A stretch of DNA of 64,000 bases from Patescibacteria group bacterium. GTDB taxonomy: Bacteria; Patescibacteriota; Minisyncoccia; Phycocordibacterales; Phycocordibacteraceae. Position numbers and translations under genes: made by a program. This document shows, one piece after another, positions 22,545 through 32,412 of this stretch. The stretch covers positions 1,811-65,810 of the forward strand of contig JAGWWK010000004.1 in NCBI GenBank assembly GCA_018970425.1. Direction: 5' to 3'. The notes beneath the pieces are model-generated. The model was not told the DNA's origin. It searched no databases and worked only from the letters and a program-made list of their open reading frames with translations. The first letter of the stretch is position 1, and each line of letters begins with the position of its first letter.

Positions 22545-23834
22545 ATGGGTAGTTCTCGAATTTTTGCGGCACTTATTCTCGCTCTCGGCGTCCTTATTGG
22601 ATACTTTGTCTACACGACCGAAACCCCGGGGAATTCCTACGCATTTACCTACGGCCTTGACCTTGCAGGTGGCACGCACCTTCTCTACGGCGCTGATACA
22701 AATGAACTCGAGCCAAGCGCGGTTCCTGACGCGATGAACTCGCTTCGTGACGTTATAGAGCGTCGCGTCAACTTGTTCGGAGTATCGGAGCCGCTCGTCC
22801 AGGTAGAGCGCGGTGGTGTAGGATCAGACGGAGGGAATCGCCTTATTGTAGAACTTCCTGGCGTAACAAACATTGAGGAGGCGATTGCGGCGATTGGTAA
22901 AACTCCGACATTAGATTTCCGCCTCGCGGTTCCCGATCAAACATCAACCGCGTATGTGGCAACAGGACTTACGGGCCAGTACCTCGAGCGCGCCCAGCTT
23001 GAATTCGGGTCAAACGCACCGGGCGCGCTCCCTTCGCCGGTCATATTACTAACGTTTACCGCTGAAGGCGGCGAGCGCTTCAAGAACATTACTGAAGCGA
23101 ATGTTGGTTCAGCGCTCGGTATTTTCCTCGACAATCAGCTCATTTCTGATCCCGTCATTCAAGAAGCGATCCCTGGCGGTAAGGCGACTATCACGGGCAC
23201 ATTTACTGCGGAAGAGGCACGAGAAATAGTGCGAAACCTTAACTTCGGCGCGCTTCCAGTTCCAATCTCGCTCCTTTCGTCGCAAACAGTTGGGGCATCT
23301 CTTGGGCAAGAGGCTATTGCCGCATCTGCGTTTGCGGGCCTTATCGGCTTTCTTCTCGTTGTGGTCTTTCTGATTGCGTGGTACCGACTGCCAGGTGTAG
23401 TGGCGGGTTTGGCGCTCCTCGCGTATGTTGCGCTGTCGTTGGCAATCTTTAAACTCATTCCAGTCACACTGACGGTGGCGGGACTCGCGGCGTTCATCCT
23501 CTCAATCGGCATGGCGGTCGACGCAAATATTCTTATTTTTGAGCGAACACGTGAGGAGCTCGAACAAGGAAAGTCGCTCATTGAAGCAATCGAACTTGGG
23601 TTCAATCGCGCATGGCTCTCAATCCGCGATTCTAACCTTTCATCCATCATTACCGGCACTATCTTGTACTGGATGGGTGGCACGGCGCTTATTCAGGGCT
23701 TTGCGCTTGTGTTTGTGATTGGTGTTCTTCTTTCAATGTTTACCGCAATCACCGTATCTCGAACACTTCTTCTCGCGATAGGTATGCGCGATACGCCACT
23801 CGCGCGACGCTTATTTGGTAACGGTATCGCATAA
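22545..23834 (+). CDS. secD: Protein translocase subunit SecD
   Basis: An N-terminal TM helix and a periplasmic domain are followed by C-terminal six-TM SecD/F signatures, for example 'GIFLDNQLISDPVIQEAIPGG' and 'LIFERTREELEQGKS'. secF follows immediately. Confidence 0.85.
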   Translation: MGSSRIFAALILALGVLIGYFVYTTETPGNSYAFTYGLDLAGGTHLLYGADTNELEPSAVPDAMNSLRDVIERRVNLFGVSEPLVQVERGGVGSDGGNRLIVELPGVTNIEEAIAAIGKTPTLDFRLAVPDQTSTAYVATGLTGQYLERAQLEFGSNAPGALPSPVILLTFTAEGGERFKNITEANVGSALGIFLDNQLISDPVIQEAIPGGKATITGTFTAEEAREIVRNLNFGALPVPISLLSSQTVGASLGQEAIAASAFAGLIGFLLVVVFLIAWYRLPGVVAGLALLAYVALSLAIFKLIPVTLTVAGLAAFILSIGMAVDANILIFERTREELEQGKSLIEAIELGFNRAWLSIRDSNLSSIITGTILYWMGGTALIQGFALVFVIGVLLSMFTAITVSRTLLLAIGMRDTPLARRLFGNGIA

Positions 23835-23840
23835 CCTTGT

Positions 23841-24752
23841 ATGTTCATTGTTCAATATCGACGACTCTGGTACGGTATCTCAGCGTTACTCCTCATAGCG
23901 TCCCTCGCATCAGTCTTTATCTTCGGACTCAAGTTCGGGATTGACTTCACCGGCGGCTCAATCATGGAGGTGCAGTACGTCGATTCGAAGCCGGAAAAGG
24001 AAGATATTGCTGCTGCACTCACTGCGGCCAACATCGAGGGCGCGTCGGTGCGCGAAACTGGTGCGTCAGGGTACTTGATCCGAACCCCATTTCTCACTCC
24101 GGAAGAGTACAGTACCGTACGCGCGGCACTTGGGGGGACAGAGGTGCGCTATGACGCAATCGGACCAGCGATCGGCTCCGAGCTCGCTACGCGAGCAGCA
24201 TACGCTATCCTCCTCGTGCTTCTCTCAATTGCGCTCTTTGTCGCGTTTGCATTCCGCAAAGTCTCGAAGCCAGTATCGAGCTTTAAGTATGGCGGTGTGG
24301 CACTCCTCGCGCTCGCACACGACGTCATTGTGCCGCTTGGTGCCTTCGCACTCATGGGTCACGTTATGGGTGCAGAAGTCGATACACTTTTTGTTACCGC
24401 GCTCCTCGTCATTCTCGGCTTCTCAGTGCACGACACGATTGTCGTGTTTGACCGAACGCGCGAAAACCTCAAGCTCCTTGCAGATGCAAAGCGCACGGAA
24501 CCGTTTGAAGAGACGGTCGGTCGTTCAGTATCACAGACCCTCGCGCGCTCCATCAACACCTCGCTCACTACCGTACTTGTGCTCGTAGCGCTCTACATCT
24601 GGGGACCCGAATCGACCGCGTTCTTTACGCTCACGCTCCTTATCGGTATCATCGCGGGTACCTACTCCTCAATCTGCATCGCATCACCGCTTCTTGTGAC
24701 GTTGCAAAAGATGCAGAAAGATGTACCTGACGAGTCCAAAAAGAAGCGATGA
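23841..24752 (+). CDS. secF: Protein translocase subunit SecF
   Basis: SecF signatures 'GIDFTGGS', 'HDVIVPLGAFALMG' and 'DTIVVFDRTRENL' are present. The gene lies directly downstream of secD. Confidence 0.85.
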   Translation: MFIVQYRRLWYGISALLLIASLASVFIFGLKFGIDFTGGSIMEVQYVDSKPEKEDIAAALTAANIEGASVRETGASGYLIRTPFLTPEEYSTVRAALGGTEVRYDAIGPAIGSELATRAAYAILLVLLSIALFVAFAFRKVSKPVSSFKYGGVALLALAHDVIVPLGAFALMGHVMGAEVDTLFVTALLVILGFSVHDTIVVFDRTRENLKLLADAKRTEPFEETVGRSVSQTLARSINTSLTTVLVLVALYIWGPESTAFFTLTLLIGIIAGTYSSICIASPLLVTLQKMQKDVPDESKKKR

Positions 24753-25291
24753 TCATTGGCCTTGCAGGATCCTTCGGAGCGGGGAAGGGCGCGGTCGTAG
24801 ACTACTTGGTTGCGAAGAAGGGTTTTACTCACTACTCGGCTAGTAAATTTATTACCGAGGAGATTCTACGACGCGGTCTGCCGGTCAACCGCGACTCTAT
24901 GACACTTGTGGCAAATGAATTGCGTGCAGCGCATGGACCTGCGTATATTATTGAAACTCTGTATGGAGAGGCGCAGAAGGCTGGCGGAAATGCTGTCATC
25001 GAGTCACTGCGCGCAGTAGCAGAGGTGAGAAAAATAAAAGCACTTGGTGGACGAGTCATTGGTGTTGATGCGCGGCCGGAACTTCGCTACGAGCGCTCAG
25101 TAAAGCGCGGGTCGCTCAAGGATACTGTTTCGTACGATAAGTGGTTGGAGCAAGAGCGCGCGGAGACGAACCCCGATGATCCGACGAAGCAGGACATTTT
25201 CGGTGCACTCAAGGAGGCCGATCTGGTTATAGAAAATAACGGATCGTTTGCAGACCTCGATAAGGAAATCGAAGCCGCACTCTGGAATTAA
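24749..25291 (+). CDS. P-loop nucleoside/nucleotide kinase family protein (dephospho-CoA kinase-like or dNMP kinase-like)
   Basis: The Walker A 'IIGLAGSFGAGKG' sits at the N-terminus. The protein is 180 aa with a lid-like basic segment 'RYERSVKRG'. The exact substrate cannot be assigned. Confidence 0.5.
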   Translation: MIIGLAGSFGAGKGAVVDYLVAKKGFTHYSASKFITEEILRRGLPVNRDSMTLVANELRAAHGPAYIIETLYGEAQKAGGNAVIESLRAVAEVRKIKALGGRVIGVDARPELRYERSVKRGSLKDTVSYDKWLEQERAETNPDDPTKQDIFGALKEADLVIENNGSFADLDKEIEAALWN

Positions 25292-25518
25292 GTCCTGCAT
25301 ATTCTGTGGTTATAACTCGTGAAAATGTGCTGCAAGCAACTGTAGGTTTCAGCAGCGCATACTGTATTTGGTATGTGTTAGACCAGCTCAGTATCTTTGA
25401 GTTATCCATGACATCAGAAGAAAAGCATACTGCATTCATTATCGCTCTTGTGAACGTTATTCTGGCAGGATTGCTCTTGTTACCAAAGCGGAGGCGATGA
25501 ATCTCCGATCCAGCGAGA

Positions 25519-26196
25519 CTACTGGATCCGCGTGCCGGCAAACGGTTTACCGGAAAGGTATTTTTCAAACTCATCGAGTGCGGGGCCTATGATGGCCACC
25601 TCTATCCCTGCCTCAGCTGCCTCCTCAGCAGCGACTGGATCAAATGGGGCATTGAGGCCAGGGTCCCACTCGCTCGGCATCAGTGCGCGAAAATCGGTCC
25701 ACGAGAGCGTATCGAACTTTGTAGCGGCAGGGTTTTTCTTGGGGTCTTCTGAGTAGACGGCGTCCACTGAGGAAATATTGACGAGTCGGGTCGCACCAAC
25801 ATTTTTTGCAATTTTTGTAGCTACGTAGTCGGTTGACCAGCCGGGCTGCCATCCGGCGGCTATGACAACATCCGCCTCTACTATTGGGTCAGTCGGGTCA
25901 TCAATGAGTGCAGGATGCGCTTCAGCTCGAAACAAGGAGCGCAGTAAGTGACCATTCAACCGAGTCGCGTGTATGCCTATCCAGTCGAGATCGTTTTTTG
26001 AAAGTTCTCCAAGGGAGCGCGCTGCTTCCTGATACTCACGAGCAGTCTTGCCGCCGCCGGAAATAATAATAAATCGCTCGCCGGGGATGCGCGACCGGAT
26101 CACTGTCGCGAAGCGCTTCAAGTACTCAGTATCAATACTATCTGGAACAATAACTGACCCTCCGAGCGACACCACCGTCCATCGGGCATTTCCCAT
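25519..26196 (-). CDS. pyrH: Amino-acid-kinase-fold protein, probable UMP kinase (archaeal/short type)
   Basis: The N-terminus 'VVSLGGSVIVPD' matches the aspartate/glutamate/uridylate kinase fold. The motif 'IISGGGKTAR' is present. Length is 225 aa. Confidence 0.55.
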   Translation of the reverse strand: MGNARWTVVSLGGSVIVPDSIDTEYLKRFATVIRSRIPGERFIIISGGGKTAREYQEAARSLGELSKNDLDWIGIHATRLNGHLLRSLFRAEAHPALIDDPTDPIVEADVVIAAGWQPGWSTDYVATKIAKNVGATRLVNISSVDAVYSEDPKKNPAATKFDTLSWTDFRALMPSEWDPGLNAPFDPVAAEEAAEAGIEVAIIGPALDEFEKYLSGKPFAGTRIQ

Positions 26197-26278
26197 GCGC
26201 CCACTCTACCATGCGGGGTGGGGGAAAGCTGTGGAAAATACTGTGCGTAAGGGGGTGGGGGTGTAGAAGGGTCCGTTC

Positions 26279-26307
26279 TTGACACAGTCGTTTGCGGCGA
26301 GTATACT
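26279..26307 (+). promoter_or_regulatory. Sigma-70-type promoter (TTGACA-17 nt-TATACT) upstream of the 16S rRNA gene
   Basis: The sequence 'cTTGACAcagtcgtttgcggcgagTATACTcg' shares its spacing and -10 context with the 23S promoter at 13641. Confidence 0.6.
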
Positions 26308-26400
26308 CGTGAGAGCTATAGGGGTCTCCTCTATAGCATTGTTCTAACAGTATGTATACGGTCATCTAGTCACAATGTCTAGCTGTACTGTGTAACTGCT

Positions 26401-26428
26401 GTCGGAGCGAAAGCCTCCGACTTTTTGT
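26401..26428 (+). terminator. Terminator-like hairpin with T-run in the 16S leader
   Basis: The sequence 'GTCGGAGcgaaagcCTCCGACtttttg' lies about 95 nt downstream of the promoter and about 120 nt upstream of the 16S 5' end. Confidence 0.45.
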
Positions 26429-26547
26429 TTCGGAGCGTTCCTTGAAAATTAAAGACGACAAGACAAAACCAGTATTGAATTCACACGAGCAAGTTTTTCT
26501 TCTGTTTCGACCATCGATTCGTGCCCGCCAATTGGAGGCATGAATCT

Positions 26548-28003
<1,456 letters not shown>

Positions 28004-28626
28004 ATTTGGAAACGTCATGCTTCGGCATGATTGATCCGGCGATACATTGATGAGAATCGATGATGAGTATTAGCGCACAACTCTAAATGGCGCTCGGTAC
28101 CCCGATGTACGAAACGGGGATGGATCGAAACAGAAGAAAGTATTGCTCTGTGATTCATACTGGGTCTGTCGTCGCATAAAGTTGTTAAGTAGATACGGGT
28201 TTTTAATGTTTCATTTTCTTGAATAATCAGTATGGAGTTTTTTCATAAAATGACTATTGGTGCAGGCAAAAATGCGTTCGTTCTCACTGAAGGGGGTATT
28301 ATTTCATATTCCATTGTAGACGGACAGATAACGACTGCCGAGATACTACTTATCGCCGCAGGGGGTATTGGTGGAGGTCTTGTACAGGGGATCGTGTATC
28401 TACTAGGTGGTGATACGTTGCGGTTTAGAACTCGAGATGGTGAGATCGAAGGACCACCTACTAGAGGATCAACGAGGCGTAGGGAAAGGGGGAGGCGCTA
28501 TACTGCACGGCGCTAGCTCAAATCCGCTTTTTTTGCTACTATCACGAAACGCACGCAAGAGCCTACGGCTCCAGGCGTGCGTCGCTCGGATGGCATGAAC
28601 GCAAGCGTTCGCGCCACTGCTCGCTC

Positions 28627-28702
28627 GCGCGCTTAGCTCAGTTGGTAGAGCACTCGACTGATACTCGAGCGGTCCTAGGTTCGAATCCTAGAGCGCGCAC
28701 CA
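28627..28702 (+). tRNA. tRNA-Ile (anticodon GAU), with CCA encoded
   Basis: The sequence 'GCGCGCTtaGCTCagttggtaGAGCaCTCGACTGATACTCGAGcggtcCTAGGttcgaatCCTAGAGCGCGCacca' folds into a cloverleaf. The anticodon loop CUGAUAC gives GAU. Confidence 0.85.
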
Positions 28703-28705
28703 GAC

Positions 28706-28735
28706 TAAAAACCTGCACTGTTGCAGGTTTTTTTC
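28706..28735 (+). terminator. Rho-independent terminator after tRNA-Ile
   Basis: The sequence 'aaaaACCTGCActgtTGCAGGTttttttc'. Confidence 0.75.
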
Positions 28736-28829
28736 ATGATAGCGACGGAGCAGTAGCGCGAGTTTCGAGCGAGGGTAGGGCGCGTACATGTGGGCGCACG
28801 ATACTTGCCTTTCATACAGTTTTTATGCG

Positions 28830-29495
28830 TTATGAAAGACCTAGTTCCGAAAAGAGTGAGCGCACCTCTATGTCGCTTACCTCTCTTGCTGACCCTGATG
28901 TAAGTTTACCGATTTCGATGTTCATGATTCGGGTGCGCATGAGATCGACGACGGTGTAGCCCAGGGCCTCGCACATACGCCGTATTTGGTGCTTCTTGCC
29001 CTCTGTGAGGATTATAGAAAAAGTGCTTTCACCAAGGACGTGTACTTCACACGGTCGCGTCGTGTACTCGCCGATGTCGACACCAGAGGACATCTTGCTC
29101 TCGAAGTCAGGCCGAAGCTTTTCCTGCACTTCTACAACGTACTCTTTCTCGTGCTCGAAGTCTGGGTTTAAAAGGCGATCGGTCAAGCGTCCGTCGTTCG
29201 TAAGGAAGAGGAGTCCGTGCGAGTCTTTGTCTAATCGGCCGATGGGGAAGAGTCCGTTTTCGTTCTCGGGAGTTGTCTTGCCACGCGGCTTATTGTACGC
29301 AACGTATTTGTACCTCTTTGTCTTAAGGTTAACCACGACAGCGTCGCCCTCGTGTACTTGGTCACCGAGGGTCGCGATGCGTCCATTGAGCTCCACTTTG
29401 CCGTTTTTGATATGCATATCTGCCTCACGACGCGTGCAGTACTGTTTATATGCAAGATATTTGTTGATACGCATCGGGTATACTGGGTCGGGCAT
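28830..29495 (-). CDS. rRNA pseudouridine synthase, RsuA/RluB family
   Basis: The N-terminal S4 domain reads 'MRINKYLAYKQYCTRREADMHIKNGKVELNG'. The catalytic region 'LFPIGRLDKDSHGLLFLTNDG' contains the conserved Asp. Confidence 0.8.
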   Translation of the reverse strand: MPDPVYPMRINKYLAYKQYCTRREADMHIKNGKVELNGRIATLGDQVHEGDAVVVNLKTKRYKYVAYNKPRGKTTPENENGLFPIGRLDKDSHGLLFLTNDGRLTDRLLNPDFEHEKEYVVEVQEKLRPDFESKMSSGVDIGEYTTRPCEVHVLGESTFSIILTEGKKHQIRRMCEALGYTVVDLMRTRIMNIEIGKLTSGSAREVSDIEVRSLFSELGLS

Positions 29496-29509
29496 ACTCG
29501 CTATATACC

Positions 29510-30205
29510 ATGAAAGCCGTCATTTTAGCTGCAGGAGAAGGAACGCGTATGCGTCCGCTTACGTTAGAAACGCCGAAGCCACTTCTTGAGGTTTTAGGAA
29601 AGCCGCTTATCGCGTACACGTTCGCCGCACTTCCAGACTCAGTGACGGAGGTACTAGTGGTGGTGAATTATAAAGAGGAACAGATACGCGCGTTTCTTGG
29701 AGACTTGTATGAGGGAAAGAGGGTGACATATATCACGCAAAAAACGCTCGACGGTACCGGGGGAGCGCTCTGGGCAGCCAGGGAGCACCTAATGAGCGAG
29801 GAGCGATTTCTCGTTCTTATGTCCGACGACATCTATAGAAAGGAAGATGTCGAGCATTGTGCAGAAGTTTTAAACTCTATGATGCTCTATCGCGCTCAAA
29901 AAGGCGAGAAGGTTGGTGCAGTAAAAGTAGAGGACGGGTATGTTACCGGAGTGGTCGAGGGGAGTGCAGAGTTTACAGATGTACCCACGATAAATACTGG
30001 TGTGTATTGCCTAACCCCAGATTATTTTAATGTTCCGCAAATTCCTAAGTCTCCTCAGAGTCATGAGTTTGGACTACCTCAAACCATGATAGCTGCATAC
30101 CCGCGCGGTATACGCGCGGCGTACGCGGATTTCTGGCTTTCACTCACCGAGCCTAAGGATATTGCGCGAGCAGAGTCTGTACTAAGTGGGCACGAGAGGA
30201 CTTGA
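29510..30205 (+). CDS. Sugar-phosphate nucleotidyltransferase
   Basis: The N-terminus 'MKAVILAAGEGTRMRPLTLETPKPLLEV' is the G-x-G-T-R signature of NDP-sugar pyrophosphorylases. Length is 231 aa. Confidence 0.75.
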   Translation: MKAVILAAGEGTRMRPLTLETPKPLLEVLGKPLIAYTFAALPDSVTEVLVVVNYKEEQIRAFLGDLYEGKRVTYITQKTLDGTGGALWAAREHLMSEERFLVLMSDDIYRKEDVEHCAEVLNSMMLYRAQKGEKVGAVKVEDGYVTGVVEGSAEFTDVPTINTGVYCLTPDYFNVPQIPKSPQSHEFGLPQTMIAAYPRGIRAAYADFWLSLTEPKDIARAESVLSGHERT

Positions 30206-30268
30206 ACCTCCAAGGATTGCTCCATACGCTTCTGAGACGTACGCGTATACCAGTTCCGCCACGTGCCC
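30187..30268 (-). tRNA. tRNA-Leu (anticodon CAG), long variable arm, CCA not encoded
   Basis: The reverse complement reads 'GGGCACGtgGCGGaactggtataCGCgTACGTCTCAGAAGCGTAtGGAgcaaTCCttGGAGGttcaagtCCTCTCGTGCCCa'. The D-arm and acceptor closely resemble bacterial tRNA-Leu. The anticodon loop CUCAGAA gives CAG. Confidence 0.8.
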
Positions 30269-30364
30269 AAGTGAGGAGCGCCGCGAACATGTGTGTTCAT
30301 GGCGTCCGAACGCTGGGCACGAAAGGTTTCCTTACAGTGCCCTAACGGACGTACTATAGCATTG

Positions 30365-30697
30365 TTACTTTTTCTCGAACAGCACGAACGGAGGATGATA
30401 CTTCTTCCGGAGTGAGAAGCATCCATACGCGACACCTAGCATGTTAATGGCTATGTCAGAGAGCGAATTAATGTATGTTTCGTTTCCGAACACGATGCCA
30501 TAGTTTTCATACAAAAAAGGAAAAAGAACATAAAGTTCAAATGGTTCAAACACAACAACCAGTGCGAGGGCGAGGATGGGATGCATGATCCAACCCAAAA
30601 AAGCACTTGATCCGAAGTGAACCAGTGTCCAGAAATCAATCAGTTGGTTATTGAGTGGCACGGTACTTGCGTCCCACGAGGCGTTTTGAGCGTCCAC
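30365..30697 (-). CDS. Hypothetical small membrane protein
   Basis: A 110-aa ORF with 2-3 hydrophobic helices ('ILALALVVVFEPFELYVLFPFLY'). No family assigned. Confidence 0.4.
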   Translation of the reverse strand: MDAQNASWDASTVPLNNQLIDFWTLVHFGSSAFLGWIMHPILALALVVVFEPFELYVLFPFLYENYGIVFGNETYINSLSDIAINMLGVAYGCFSLRKKYHPPFVLFEKK

Positions 30698-30711
30698 CGG
30701 TCAATTGTACA

Positions 30712-32412
30712 ATGAGCGCTATGGACGTTGGGGATACATTTAGGGGCAAGAAAGTCACCGTCATGGGTCTCGGGCTTCTGGGACGCGGCGTTGGGGACGC
30801 GGTGTTTCTGGCAGAGCAGGGAGCTGAGCTTATCATCACAGATTTAAAAACTGAGTCGCAGTTAGCGCCCTCCCTCGAAAAGTTGAAAAAATTTTCTAAC
30901 ATAACGTACCGCTTGGGCGGGCATGACCTTGCTGATTTTCGCGGCCGCGACTACATCCTCAAAGCGGCAGGTGTGCCACTTCAAAATCCATACATAGATG
31001 AAGCGCGCAAAAATGGAATTCCGATAAAAATGAGCGCGTCCTGGTTCGCGGAAATCGCTGGAATCAAAACGGTAGGTGTCACAGGTACTCGTGGCAAGAC
31101 CACTACCACGTACATGCTGTACGACATTATGCGTGCTGCCGGCATGCATGTTCTTCTCGGCGGCAATATCCGCGGGGTATCAACGCTCGCGCTTCTACCG
31201 CAAGTCACTAGTGACTCAATCGCGCTCATGGAGATTGACTCGTGGCAATGCAAGGGATGGGGAGAGGCAAAAATGAGTCCGCATGTCGCGGTATTTACGA
31301 CTTTTATGCGCGACCACATGGACTATTACAAAGGAGACATGCGGGCGTATCTTTTTGACAAGGCACAGATTTTTTTATACCAAACATCTGAGGATACATT
31401 TGTTGTTTCTGATCAGGTACTGCCACAGCTCGCCGAGTACAGTCATGCCTCGCGCGCGCAGGTGCGCGTTGCGCGGGCGCAGGGTATCGAGCTTTCTATA
31501 CCAGGCGAACATAACCAGCTGAACGCCGCTTGCGCTTTAGAAGCGGCTCGTGCGCTGGGTATAGAGGATGCGACTATCTTTGCTGCGCTCGCGGCGTTTG
31601 CTGGGGTAGAAGGTCGACTTGAACGCGTGCGTGAAGTAAATGGCGTTCTATATTATAACGACACGACTGCTACTACGCCGCAGGCATTACTTGCAGCGCT
31701 TCGTGCCCTGGGCGGACCTCGCACCATTGTGATTGCAGGTGGGACGAGTAAAGATATTGATGTGTCAGTTCTGCCGTCCGCACTCAAAGAGCAGAAGCAT
31801 GTCGTGTATCTCGCGGGGAGTGGCACAGACGAACTTGGTATTCAGGGCGCGCATACAACTTTGAAGAGTGCATTCAGTGAGGCGTGCGGATATGCTGAGT
31901 CAGGAGACATCGTGCTGTTGAGTCCGGGTTTTTCCTCTAAGGGTATGTTTTTGAACGAGTACGATCGTGGCGATCAGTACGTTGCGCTCGTCCGCTCGGT
32001 CCCAGATCTCACAGAGCTTAAGCCGAAAGTGCGGGCGCTGGCCGAAGCGCTCAAAGCCGAGTGCATGCGAGAGGGGTTCCGCATTATTATCTCTCGTGGA
32101 TTCCGGTCTCCTGAGGAGCAAGAGGCGCTCTACGAGCTTGGTCGTACGAAGCCGGGCTCTATTGTGACGCATGCAAAGGGCGGGTCTTCGTATCACAATT
32201 ACGGTGTAGCGTTCGATATACGACCGATAGTGCCCGATGGTGTGAAAGAAGAGTACTATCGACGCGCAGGGCCACTAGGAGAGAAACTCGGACTCTCATG
32301 GGGAGGACGGTGGGAGAGCTTTACGGACTTACCACACTTCGAGTTTACGGCTGGGTATTCACTAGAGGACTTTCAATCTGGACGAGTTGATCCGCGCGAC
32401 TTTCAAGTATGA
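30712..32412 (+). CDS. murD: UDP-N-acetylmuramoyl-L-alanine--D-glutamate ligase (MurD) fused to a C-terminal peptidase M15 (LAS-type D-Ala-D-Ala carboxypeptidase/VanY-like) domain
   Basis: The MurD N-terminus reads 'KKVTVMGLGLLGRGVGDAVFLAEQGAELIITD' and the P-loop reads 'GVTGTRGKTTTTYM'. The C-terminal ~120 aa 'RGFRSPEEQEALYELGRTKPGSIVTHAKGGSSYHNYGVAFDIRP...WGGRWESFTDLPHFEF' carry the LAS/M15 'SxHxxGxAxD' zinc-binding signature. The frame is continuous with no stop between the domains. Confidence 0.75.
   Translation: MSAMDVGDTFRGKKVTVMGLGLLGRGVGDAVFLAEQGAELIITDLKTESQLAPSLEKLKKFSNITYRLGGHDLADFRGRDYILKAAGVPLQNPYIDEARKNGIPIKMSASWFAEIAGIKTVGVTGTRGKTTTTYMLYDIMRAAGMHVLLGGNIRGVSTLALLPQVTSDSIALMEIDSWQCKGWGEAKMSPHVAVFTTFMRDHMDYYKGDMRAYLFDKAQIFLYQTSEDTFVVSDQVLPQLAEYSHASRAQVRVARAQGIELSIPGEHNQLNAACALEAARALGIEDATIFAALAAFAGVEGRLERVREVNGVLYYNDTTATTPQALLAALRALGGPRTIVIAGGTSKDIDVSVLPSALKEQKHVVYLAGSGTDELGIQGAHTTLKSAFSEACGYAESGDIVLLSPGFSSKGMFLNEYDRGDQYVALVRSVPDLTELKPKVRALAEALKAECMREGFRIIISRGFRSPEEQEALYELGRTKPGSIVTHAKGGSSYHNYGVAFDIRPIVPDGVKEEYYRRAGPLGEKLGLSWGGRWESFTDLPHFEFTAGYSLEDFQSGRVDPRDFQV

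Noticed and set aside
25306-25500. A 64-aa ORF, and an internal ~30-aa hydrophobic peptide, in the convergent intergenic region between the kinase and the pyrH-like gene
   Set aside because: The region is AT-rich and the peptide is low-complexity. It cannot be told apart from chance, so it is not reported as a feature.
28232-28516. Possible LAGLIDADG homing-endonuclease remnant in the 16S-tRNA spacer ORF
   Set aside because: The only resemblance is a Gly-rich 'YLLGGDT/LIAAGGIGGG' stretch. There is no convincing LAGLIDADG motif or second motif, and the ORF is too short. It is kept only as an unexplained spacer ORF.
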